A DNA stretch of 53,737 nucleotides from a virus (taxonomy: Duplodnaviria > Caudoviricetes). The stretch spans positions 1 to 53,737 of the IMG/VR virus record IMGVR_UViG_3300002092_000056; one strand, written 5' to 3'. Shown piece after piece: positions 1 through 8,233 of the stretch (position 1 is the first letter of the stretch; each line of letters starts with the position of its first letter). The translations under genes and the position numbers were made by a program. The notes beneath the pieces are model-generated. The model saw only the letters and a program-made list of their open reading frames with translations. It was not told the DNA's origin and ran no database searches.

Positions 1-18
1 GCAGAGTTTCCTGCACCG
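1..18. repeat. Terminal overlap of circular contig (identical to 53720-53737)
   Basis: gcagagtttcctgcaccg is at both ends, and joining the ends keeps the tail-fibre reading frame. Confidence 0.95.
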
Positions 19-1514
19 TCCCCAGCGCCAATGGCTACGTTGTTTGCGCCTGTTGTATTTGAGTAAGCAGCTTGATACCCCACAGCGGTGTTGTTGCTGG
101 CGGTGTTCGCATTGAGTGCGTTAGAACCAATAGCCGTGTTGTAAGAGCCTGTCGTGTTCTTTTCCAAAGCATCCATACCGTTAGCGGTATTATCAGCGCC
201 AGTTGTGTTCAACCGCATTGAAAAATAACCAGTGGCAGTGTTGTTGCTGGCTGTGGTGTTGCTGAACAGTGCCCACATACCCAAAGCAGTGTTACTTGCT
301 CCGGTTGTGTTGGTTTGCAATGCTAATCCACCCATAGCAGTATTGCCTGCGCCGGTTGTGGTGGACACCATTGCACGGTCGCCAACAGCAGTGTTACTGT
401 CCGCAGTGGTACTTGCTTTACCAGCTTGATAACCAAGGTATGTCAGTGAAGTGCCAGTGGTATTGGCATAACCAGCTTGATAACCTACCGCTACGTTGTT
501 GCTAGAAGTGGTAGCTGCTTGAAGCGCAGATGTACCAACAGCTACGTTGTTTGCGCCCGTTGAAATAGTCTGACCAGCGATACTACCGATAAGGGTATTA
601 GACCCGCCACTAGTTAAACTTTGTCCAGCAATATAACCAACCGAAGTGTTGTCGTTTGCATTGGAGCCAACTTGCGCGTTGTAGCCAATACCTGTTCCGT
701 GGACGCCAGTAGAAGCACCCGACAAAGCATTTGTACCAAATGCAGAGTTAGTAGCAACAGCACCTGCACCACGGCCTACTGTGAGGCCGTAAACAGTCAG
801 GTCGGTGCCTGAGTACAGCAAGTTGGCAGAGTTGGTTTGCAGGCCGCCGGTGGTGCTGTACACCACCCGACCGGTGGTCAGGCTGGAGTTGGTGATCGCC
901 GATGATGTTACGCCGGTCAAGCCCGCAAGGGTTGTGCTTGTGCCGCCCAGGCTGATCGCGGTCGAGCCGATGGTCAAAGAGCTGTTGGTCAGCGAGCTGT
1001 TGCCGATTGCGGACAGCGTGTTGCTGGCCCCGCTGATCGTCTTGTTGGTCAGCGTGTCGGTGGTGGCCCGGGCAACCAGGGTGTCGGTGGCCGTCGGCAA
1101 AGTCAAAGTGCCGGTGTTGACAATCGACGCAATGACCGGAGCGGTCAAAGTCTTGTTGGTCAAGGTCTGAGTGACCGTTGTGCCGACCAAAGTCGTGTCC
1201 AGGTCCGGCACTGTGTAAGTGCGCGTGGCGCCGGAAGTTATCCCGCTAGTTTGGAACTGAAACTTCTTGGTGGAATCGACATCATCTTGAATGGTAAAGC
1301 CGGTGTCTGTAAACGTGGCCGGGGGCACGGTGCTGGTTTGAGTCAAGCCTGTGCCGGTCGAATTGATGATGACGTACAAGTTGGCGTTGCCCGCCAACGT
1401 GGGCATCTTGTCGAACCCGGCCGTAACCAGGTCCAGCTCTGCGCGCATGGATGCCGATGTGGCAGCCGATCCGGTGGATGGAAAACTGCCGTGTGTGTAA
1501 AACGAATTGCTCAT
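1..1514 (-). CDS. Tail fibre/adhesin, 5' part (continues across the junction; about 1214 aa in total)
   Basis: ATG at 1514 overlaps the upstream stop (ATGA). Reads MSNSFYTHGSFPSTG...TQTLTNKTLTAP, then NTTG/NTAVG repeats, in frame with 51589..53667. Missing from the ORF track because it runs off the end. Confidence 0.88.
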   Translation of the reverse strand, partial: MSNSFYTHGSFPSTGSAATSASMRAELDLVTAGFDKMPTLAGNANLYVIINSTGTGLTQTSTVPPATFTDTGFTIQDDVDSTKKFQFQTSGITSGATRTYTVPDLDTTLVGTTVTQTLTNKTLTAPVIASIVNTGTLTLPTATDTLVARATTDTLTNKTISGASNTLSAIGNSSLTNSSLTIGSTAISLGGTSTTLAGLTGVTSSAITNSSLTTGRVVYSTTGGLQTNSANLLYSGTDLTVYGLTVGRGAGAVATNSAFGTNALSGASTGVHGTGIGYNAQVGSNANDNTSVGYIAGQSLTSGGSNTLIGSIAGQTISTGANNVAVGTSALQAATTSSNNVAVGYQAGYANTTGTSLTYLGYQAGKASTTADSNTAVGDRAMVSTTTGAGNTAMGGLALQTNTTGASNTALGMWALFSNTTASNNTATGYFSMRLNTTGADNTANGMDALEKNTTGSYNTAIGSNALNANTASNNTAVGYQAAYSNTTGANNVAIGAGDGAGNS

Positions 1515-3562
1515 CGAAGTCCTCTGCGCATGCTGTAGTGCAAGATGGTTGAATTGACAGTGAAGGGGGCGTAGATGTCTGAGATCGATGCGATACGCAC
1601 CGCAATGTTCTCAGCTGTGCCCATGATCTCCACCTCAGAAGGGGCCAGTGTGCGGCCATCCCAGACAAAGTTATCCCAGCTGATTGAGTCCCAATAGCTG
1701 GCCACAAGATTGCTGGAGTAGTTGGTGCCGATGTCCTGGCCAAGATCCGTTGATGAATAGCCCAGGTCGTAGCTGAACGTAAATTCAGCGTAACTGGTGC
1801 CCGAGATCTCCAAGGACCCTTTGCGGTATCGCTTCAAGATCCGAGGGCTGCGAATCGCGTTAAACACCAACGTGATGTTGGCCGCAATCTCAGCCCCGTC
1901 AAAAGAGGTTCCAGCGTCCAGGCGATAGACGAATCCGTTGGTAGACCCGAAGAAAGATGTTTCGGCGCCGTCAGGCGATTCGCCCTCACACACCACGGTC
2001 ACTGGATTGGGAAACTGCACGGGCATGGCGCCCAGCAAGTTGTTGTTTGAGATGGTCAGGTAGAGCGCGTAGCTGTCGCTGAAGAAAACCCGGTACTGGG
2101 CTTTCTCGCGGTTCAGGCTGCTGCCTACTGCCAGGTTGCGCCTTTGCTGAACAAACGGGCGGATGTTCAGCGTAATGGCCGCTGAATCGAAGTTGCCGTA
2201 GTTCAAAGTGGTTTGCAGGTTGATCACGCCCCGGTCGTCAAACACATAGCTCTGAGCCATGTTCTGGGCGGTGTAGGGCTTGGCGCCCGTGCCCACGTTG
2301 TATGACACCAGGCTCCAGTTGGCCGAGCTTGTGCCGTACAGAATGAACGTGTCGCTGTCCGTGTAGATCGCCATGGCGCCAGTGTTCTGATTACCTGGCT
2401 GGACCAAGAAGTTGGTCACGGCGTTGGTCAGCGCGATTTCGCCGGCGCCCAGGATCGGGCTCCACTGGTAGGGTAAACCCAGGCCCGAGAACTGAACGGA
2501 TTCGCTGAAAGCCAAAAACAAATGCTGTTTGTGGAAAGCGACTTTTGTGGGCACGTCGGTCGTCATGCCGGTGCGGATGTTCACATAAATCGTGCCGTCA
2601 AACTCAAACCCGTAATTGACGCTGTCACAGCCATAAACGCGGGTCTGGTTGGTGTTGCCACCAAAGTTGCCCATCGTCGTCTCTACGGTGCCATTTGGCG
2701 CCAGCGTGATGGCTGCCTGCGCGGCAACGGCGTGCGCGTAAGTCGTAGCGCCTATGCGCAAGTTTTCGCCGGCGGTAAAAGTCCCGGTGACGGAACTGAA
2801 CACCAGGTAGCCAGCAGCGGTATTGCTGGTCCAAATGCCGGATGCGTAAACCACGCGTTTGACTACGGCCGACGCGCCACTTGATTGGCCAACCAAAGTC
2901 ATGCCTTCGGTGATTTCGGTAGAACCGGTATTGAAGCCCATCTCATAACCGAGAGGAACCAAGGTCCAGCCGCTGGACGTCGACTTGTAAATGGCCATGG
3001 CTGTGCCGCCGGCGTTGTTGCGCCAGGCATAGGTCACGCCCTTGTAGTAAACGACGCCTCGGATTGAACCGCTGCCGGGCACGGCTGCAATGTCAGCCCG
3101 GTAAACGTCGGCCGCCAAGTTCAAGTAGGTTGCGGAATCTTTGTTGGTCGTGGTGACCGCGCCGCCCAAAGCGGTGACCGTGCCTTTGGCCACACCGCCG
3201 ACGCGGATGGTTTCGCCAACGGTAAACACGCCCGTGGCTTTGGTGAGGACCAGCTGACCCGTACTGGACACGATGACGTAGCCAGTTGCGCCGGAGGTTG
3301 CACCAACAATCGTATTGCTGACGTTCACGGCCGCAGACAAGCTGACCGTCAAGATGCTGTACAGGGCGTCAGAGGGGTTGGGCCGGCCATCAAAGCGTTC
3401 GTAGCCTGCAATGCGGGTGTAGCCGCCGGTGATCGACGCCTCAAAGTTGAGTGCGTCACGGGCGACCCCGGGGGCCAAAGAGAGGGTGGGGGTGACCAAA
3501 TCGAGACCGCCCGCCATGCGGATGATGTCGTACTTGACCTGAGCCATCGAAGGAGCTGCCAT
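1511..3562 (-). CDS. Tail nozzle/DNA stabilisation protein (P22 gp10/T7 gp12-like)
   Basis: About 683 aa, beta-rich, between adaptor and tail fibre; AAGGAG RBS before ATG 3562. Confidence 0.7.
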   Translation of the reverse strand: MAAPSMAQVKYDIIRMAGGLDLVTPTLSLAPGVARDALNFEASITGGYTRIAGYERFDGRPNPSDALYSILTVSLSAAVNVSNTIVGATSGATGYVIVSSTGQLVLTKATGVFTVGETIRVGGVAKGTVTALGGAVTTTNKDSATYLNLAADVYRADIAAVPGSGSIRGVVYYKGVTYAWRNNAGGTAMAIYKSTSSGWTLVPLGYEMGFNTGSTEITEGMTLVGQSSGASAVVKRVVYASGIWTSNTAAGYLVFSSVTGTFTAGENLRIGATTYAHAVAAQAAITLAPNGTVETTMGNFGGNTNQTRVYGCDSVNYGFEFDGTIYVNIRTGMTTDVPTKVAFHKQHLFLAFSESVQFSGLGLPYQWSPILGAGEIALTNAVTNFLVQPGNQNTGAMAIYTDSDTFILYGTSSANWSLVSYNVGTGAKPYTAQNMAQSYVFDDRGVINLQTTLNYGNFDSAAITLNIRPFVQQRRNLAVGSSLNREKAQYRVFFSDSYALYLTISNNNLLGAMPVQFPNPVTVVCEGESPDGAETSFFGSTNGFVYRLDAGTSFDGAEIAANITLVFNAIRSPRILKRYRKGSLEISGTSYAEFTFSYDLGYSSTDLGQDIGTNYSSNLVASYWDSISWDNFVWDGRTLAPSEVEIMGTAENIAVRIASISDIYAPFTVNSTILHYSMRRGLR

Positions 3563-3573
3563 GTCGGTCTCCT

Positions 3574-4251
3574 TCAAGCCAATGGTGGTCCGCTGACGAT
3601 AGTCGGCAGCTGGTCGATTTCCATGCGTGAATACTGCCGGCGAAACTCAAAGTCGCCACGCGACAAGACCTCGGGTGCAGATTCGTAGCCGCCGTAATAC
3701 ATCATGGCTCGGTATACGATCATCATGTGGTAGCGGGCTGGGATAAGGGGCACGTCAGTGTCATCAACCAGATCGACAGGCTGTGTGTAGTATTCGCCAT
3801 CAATGACGTAGGCCAGGTTGGGGATCGCGCCAAAAGCAAGGTCTTTGTTTGGCATGATCGAAACCACCACGGGGCGGGCATACGTCTGGCGCATGTTGGC
3901 GTACTGGTACAAGTTCCTGTACGTCGTCCACTCCATGAAGTTCATGAGCTGTTCGTCTTTGTGGTCAAAGCCCACGGTCGAACAACGGAAGCTGTCGCGC
4001 TTCCAATTGCCAAAGTCGGTGAGCCCGGCATCGGTTGCCGAGTACTCCCAGACTTGGGCGGTGGTGTTGAATGAAAAAGATTCGCGCATGAACAACCAAT
4101 CCTCTTTCGAGGTTTGGATGTCGATCCAGGCTTGTTTAACCCAGGCCGCGATGCGTAAAGATTCGCCGCTCAGGTTCTGCGCTGTAGACAGCGTAGGACC
4201 GGACACGCCGCACTCTACGCGGGCCTGGTTGACAAGTTGAAGGAGGTTCAT
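3574..4251 (-). CDS. Head-tail adaptor (tail tubular protein A-like)
   Basis: 225 aa, MNLLQLVN... start, C-terminal D.P.IP..YH.. pattern, podovirus synteny. Confidence 0.7.
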   Translation of the reverse strand: MNLLQLVNQARVECGVSGPTLSTAQNLSGESLRIAAWVKQAWIDIQTSKEDWLFMRESFSFNTTAQVWEYSATDAGLTDFGNWKRDSFRCSTVGFDHKDEQLMNFMEWTTYRNLYQYANMRQTYARPVVVSIMPNKDLAFGAIPNLAYVIDGEYYTQPVDLVDDTDVPLIPARYHMMIVYRAMMYYGGYESAPEVLSRGDFEFRRQYSRMEIDQLPTIVSGPPLA

Positions 4252-4264
4252 GCGCGACCTTTAA

Positions 4265-4687
4265 TTACGCGGGTTCAGCCAGGACGTTTTGCAACCAAGC
4301 GCGACCGCGCGGGTTGGCATCGTCGACCAAGTCAAACGGGTACGACAAACCATGGCGCGCGACCAGATCGATCTGATCAGGTGCGGATGGGTTGCGCGTC
4401 ACTTGCGAATACTTGGTTTCTTTCATGCGGGCCAGAATCTCAACGTACTTGCGGCGGACCTTTGTGGGGTAACCGCGCATGATCGGTTGGTTCATGCCGT
4501 TGCAGTTGACGATCACTTGCGGGGGCTGGTTTTCGTCGGTGGTCGAATGGACCATGACTGTCACCATCTCGTTCATGAAAGCTTCACTCGCAGCAAGGCT
4601 ACGAAAATCTTGAGACTCGGAAACCGTTTCCACGATCTCCGCGTTGTCAACAATTTCCATGCCTTGGATTACATCTTTTTTTGCCAT
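4265..4687 (-). CDS. Hypothetical protein of the head module
   Basis: 140 aa ORF with GGAG RBS, co-oriented with structural genes. Confidence 0.7.
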   Translation of the reverse strand: MAKKDVIQGMEIVDNAEIVETVSESQDFRSLAASEAFMNEMVTVMVHSTTDENQPPQVIVNCNGMNQPIMRGYPTKVRRKYVEILARMKETKYSQVTRNPSAPDQIDLVARHGLSYPFDLVDDANPRGRAWLQNVLAEPA

Positions 4688-4722
4688 CTCAGTTTCTCCA
4701 GGGGTTTAAAAATCGGTGTGCC

Positions 4723-4750
4723 AAAAAGCCGGGGGCCCGAAGGCCCCCAG
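4723..4750 (-). terminator. Intrinsic terminator
   Basis: GCTGGGGGCC-TTCG-GGCCCCCGGC followed by TTTTT. Confidence 0.8.
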
Positions 4751-4779
4751 CAAAACTCTCAAGAAGAGAGGATGGCAAC

Positions 4780-5211
4780 TTACTGTGCAGAACCAGGCAT
4801 GTCCATGCAGTCGTAGTACGTGGCAGTGTTGCCGGTACCCAATGCGGTGGTGCCTGGTGTGAATGCCGCAGTGGTGGAGACCTTGATCAGGCCCACCAAA
4901 GTCGTACCGCCGGTGACTTGGCCAGGAACTGGGCAAGTGTCAGACGAAGAGTTGATCGGACCTTGAGTGGTCGACACGGCGCCGGCGGCGGTAATCCAAA
5001 CGCCAAACAGGCAAGCCTGGTTTGCAGCCAAGGCGGTGTGGCCAGAGCTGAAAGTCAAGTTGTCGGTTGCGGACTTCGACTTGAAAACACCGTTGCTGGT
5101 GAAAGTCAAAGTGTTGGTGGTCTTGAAAGTACCAGTGTTGGTACCACCAGCCAAACCAGCTGCGGTCAGCGAGAGAAAGCCGCTGTTTGCTTGTTCAATG
5201 TTGTATGACAT
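4780..5211 (-). CDS. Virion structural protein (possible capsid decoration)
   Basis: 143 aa, Thr/Gly/Ala-rich, downstream of the capsid gene. Confidence 0.6.
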   Translation of the reverse strand: MSYNIEQANSGFLSLTAAGLAGGTNTGTFKTTNTLTFTSNGVFKSKSATDNLTFSSGHTALAANQACLFGVWITAAGAVSTTQGPINSSSDTCPVPGQVTGGTTLVGLIKVSTTAAFTPGTTALGTGNTATYYDCMDMPGSAQ

Positions 5212-5222
5212 GGAAAGATTCC

Positions 5223-5432
5223 TTATGCAAGAGTGTTGAGGGTGCCCATGGTGGACGCGTTGGCGACACCAGATGTACCCGCACCGGTTGTGATACCGCC
5301 GTGGGTGTGAGCGTTGAGAGCGGTGCGAAGAGCGGCAAGGTCAGTCAGAACCGATTGCATGAGTTGATACAACTCACCGGCAGTCAGGTCATCGGGCATT
5401 GCGTTCGTGCGAACTACGATACTTTCGGACAT
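5223..5432 (-). CDS. Small structural protein
   Basis: 69 aa, coiled coil followed by HTH-GG motif, directly after the capsid gene. Confidence 0.6.
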   Translation of the reverse strand: MSESIVVRTNAMPDDLTAGELYQLMQSVLTDLAALRTALNAHTHGGITTGAGTSGVANASTMGTLNTLA

Positions 5433-5481
5433 AGTGTTTTCCTTTTGTTAGACGGGGCCGAGTTGCCTCAGCCCCTAGTCA

Positions 5482-6543
5482 TTACAGAGCGGTCACACCG
5501 GCTTCGATACGGGCCATCCAAGCGTCGTTCAAACGCACGGTAGCGAACCAGGTCGAAGCGCCCACGTAGCCGAACTGGCCCAATGGGTTAGCGTGGTTGG
5601 TCTGCGATGCTTTCAGCACCACAGGCTTGATGGCAGACATGCCCTTCAAGGCCACTTGGCCCCAAGCGTCTTCACCGATAACGATGAAGGGATACACGTC
5701 GACGTTGGAAGCACCAACAGACAACATGCCGCTCGAACCGACGCTGGCGCCGGCAGCTGCAAAGGACTTCAACAGCGGAGAGCTGACGAAGCGGAAGTCT
5801 TCACAAGCACCGATCTCACGATCGTGGATTGGCTTGAACGAACCGTACTCTTCCACGCGGGTGAAGCCTGGCAGGTTACGAACGTCAGACACAGCGTCAG
5901 TGTGGCAGAACACCACATAGGCTGGCTGGACTGCGCGTGTACCGAAGTTCACGCCAGGAGCCAAGCGGCTGGTCACGCGGCGGGCACGGTTGGATTCCAA
6001 CGTGCGGGCTGCTTTACGAATGGCGTTCAAGCTGATCGCGGTGTTCACAGCAGAGCGGCTAGAGCCGTTTGTGTAGATCACAGTCGAGCCGGCTTTCAAC
6101 ACACCGTAGCGAACCAATTCCATCACTTCGGCCAGGGTCTCGCCAGTCAGCTTGACCATCTCGCCGGGGATGTCGTCTTCGTACAGTTGCTCGGTTTTCG
6201 AGCTGTACTTGAACAACACACCGTACTGCTGCAACTGAACAGACACGTCCTGGAAGGAGATGGTGTTCGAGTTAGGTGTCACACCTTCGGCCAACACGAA
6301 GTCGGTTGCGGTGATGTTTGGAGTGCCAGCATAACGTGTGCTGTTTTCAATTGTGGTGCCAGCAGTTGTGGCGCCGAATGGCAGAGTACGACGGAACACC
6401 AAGGTGTCTGTCGAGTTCTGAGGCATCTCGCGCTGGGTACCGAAGTCGCCCAGAACGGTGATGGGTTGTGCGTGCTCAAGCATACCTTGGGCAGCGCGAA
6501 TCAGATTTCGCGATGCTACGGTGCCGTAATTTTGGATTGACAT
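5482..6543 (-). CDS. Major capsid protein, N4-gp56 family
   Basis: MPQNSTDTLVFRR, EGVTP, LQQYG and C-terminal NPLGQFGYVG motifs; follows the scaffold gene. Confidence 0.9.
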   Translation of the reverse strand: MSIQNYGTVASRNLIRAAQGMLEHAQPITVLGDFGTQREMPQNSTDTLVFRRTLPFGATTAGTTIENSTRYAGTPNITATDFVLAEGVTPNSNTISFQDVSVQLQQYGVLFKYSSKTEQLYEDDIPGEMVKLTGETLAEVMELVRYGVLKAGSTVIYTNGSSRSAVNTAISLNAIRKAARTLESNRARRVTSRLAPGVNFGTRAVQPAYVVFCHTDAVSDVRNLPGFTRVEEYGSFKPIHDREIGACEDFRFVSSPLLKSFAAAGASVGSSGMLSVGASNVDVYPFIVIGEDAWGQVALKGMSAIKPVVLKASQTNHANPLGQFGYVGASTWFATVRLNDAWMARIEAGVTAL

Positions 6544-6571
6544 GGTCAATATTCCTTTTCAAAGATTAAGT

Positions 6572-7471
6572 TCAGTAGCCCCGATCCGCGAGTTGTTTCT
6601 CACGTTTCTGAGCTTCGTAGTTCCACAGTTCTTCTGGGGACATGTCACCAATGGTTTTAGGTGGCGGTGTCTGCCCAGGTCGAGATGTCGCGGCCGCAGC
6701 GAGACGTGCTCCCCGCTCTTGCTTGATGTCCGAAGCAGGTTTTGCTTTCACGCTGTTGAACAAGTCCAACATCTTGATCGCATCACGCGCTGCCGAGCTT
6801 TCGGCTAAGGCTTTCACGTCAGCAGGTTGGATCGCGTACCACTGTGCGAAGTCCGGTGAGTTCACCGTGTCACGCCAGTTTTCGTGTCTACCTTCGACGC
6901 GTGCCTCTTCGATGGCTGCTTTCATCTGCGCCCGCTCAGCAGCGAGTTGCTCTTGAACGTAGTCCACGACTTGCATCGCTTGAACGCCACTTTGCATACC
7001 GCTGAGTTTCGCGCCGACGTATTCTTCCATCGCGCCAGCCCACTCGGGGAAATCTTGCTTGAGCTGCTCCCACTTCTCGGGGTTCTTGGCCGCAGCAGCG
7101 ATAGCTCCTTGCGAAGGCGCGTCGTTCGGGTTGACCATAGTCGACGCCTGGCGCGCTTGCTGGAACTCTCGCTGCATGGCGGCCACGCGACCCTCAGCAG
7201 TCTTTACGTGGTGCAGCAGTTGAGCATTGGCAGTTTCCAATTCAGTGATCTTGCCAAGGGCAATACGCACTTCTTCGGGAAGACCTGCCAGTGGATCTAC
7301 TTTTGCCTCTTGGGCTGGCGCTGGGTTTGGTTCGTCGTTTGACTGGGGCAGAATATCTGGCTCAGCTGCTTGAGACTGAAACGCGGGTGACTCGTCACCG
7401 GCATCTAGTTTTTTAGCTTCTTCGTTCCAAAGGTTTTGCGCCTCTTCTTGAGACAGGTTGTCAGGATCCAC
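6572..7471 (-). CDS. Capsid scaffolding protein
   Basis: Acidic, helical, coiled-coil ~300 aa immediately upstream of the capsid gene; GTG at 7471 with GGAGAG RBS. Confidence 0.75.
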   Translation of the reverse strand: MDPDNLSQEEAQNLWNEEAKKLDAGDESPAFQSQAAEPDILPQSNDEPNPAPAQEAKVDPLAGLPEEVRIALGKITELETANAQLLHHVKTAEGRVAAMQREFQQARQASTMVNPNDAPSQGAIAAAAKNPEKWEQLKQDFPEWAGAMEEYVGAKLSGMQSGVQAMQVVDYVQEQLAAERAQMKAAIEEARVEGRHENWRDTVNSPDFAQWYAIQPADVKALAESSAARDAIKMLDLFNSVKAKPASDIKQERGARLAAAATSRPGQTPPPKTIGDMSPEELWNYEAQKREKQLADRGY

Positions 7472-7481
7472 GTTGCTCTCC

Positions 7482-7507
7482 AAATAAAAAGCCGCCATAA
7501 AGGCGGC
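7482..7507 (-). terminator. Intrinsic terminator upstream of scaffold gene
   Basis: GCCGCC-TTTAT-GGCGGC then TTTTTATTT. Confidence 0.7.
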
Positions 7508-7530
7508 CTACTCACACAGGTCAAGCGGGA

Positions 7531-7734
7531 TTATTCATCCGGCTCAACCACCACACCCCGAGTTGCCGCATTTGGCAAGTCGAGAAATCGTTTGAGCATT
7601 TTTATCTCACCCCTCAATGACGCCGTGTCCAGATCGGAGAGGGTTACAGCGTCATTCCGCACGCGTGCGCGGGCCAATTCGTCTTCGGCCCATTTGCGCA
7701 ACAAGTGCCAGGTAGGAGAGGTGAAATCGTTCAT
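7531..7734 (-). CDS. Small conserved head-module protein (Bbp19-like position)
   Basis: MNDFTSPTWHLLRKWAE...LRGEIK..KRFLDLP, between portal and scaffold. Confidence 0.65.
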   Translation of the reverse strand: MNDFTSPTWHLLRKWAEDELARARVRNDAVTLSDLDTASLRGEIKMLKRFLDLPNAATRGVVVEPDE

Positions 7735-7740
7735 GCCATC

Positions 7741-7825
7741 AAAAAGCCGGCTCATTGGCCGGCTATGTTATTTTGGACGCGAGGTCCCTGCCAAGATTCT
7801 ATACGCAAGGCGGGGCCTTGTGCAA
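7741..7825 (-). promoter_or_regulatory. Late promoter, short leader and terminator
   Basis: TTGCAC-18-TAGAAT, then GGGACCTCGCGT, then hairpin AGCCGGC-CAATGA-GCCGGCT-TTTT. Confidence 0.65.
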
Positions 7826-7842
7826 GAATCTTTTTTCAGGGG

Positions 7843-8208
7843 TCAATAAGGGCCTTTGGCGTAGCGCGCATGGATCGCGGCCACGCATTTGATCACCACG
7901 CTTGTGCCGCCGGTAACCGACGGGCGAATCCAGGCTGGGTTCTCATTGGCCGTATGGACTGCCGCCGAAGTAAAAGCCAGGTCTGTGCCAACAGAACGGC
8001 GAGTCAATGGGTGCCAGATGGTGTTGTCATTGGAGCCTTGCCAAGTAATCGTAGCGCCCCCAAACGTGCCACTGACTTGGCCGGTTAGGTCTGCCGCATA
8101 GGCGATTGGCACGCCTGCGCCCACGTCGCCGGTCGCCATAGCGGCCCAGGTGGCAAGCACTGCGCCGGGTACGGTGTCACGGTCGATGGTTGGATTGATG
8201 GTAGCCAT
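7843..8208 (-). CDS. Hypothetical virion protein
   Basis: 121 aa beta-rich ORF with AAGGA RBS after the portal. Confidence 0.65.
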   Translation of the reverse strand: MATINPTIDRDTVPGAVLATWAAMATGDVGAGVPIAYAADLTGQVSGTFGGATITWQGSNDNTIWHPLTRRSVGTDLAFTSAAVHTANENPAWIRPSVTGGTSVVIKCVAAIHARYAKGPY

Positions 8209-8233
8209 GGTGATTTCCTTTCAGGATTTCGGG

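Noticed and set aside
1-18. Biological direct terminal repeat or att site
   Set aside because: It falls mid-gene in the tail fibre, so it is best explained as assembly overlap of a circularly permuted genome; no integrase seen.
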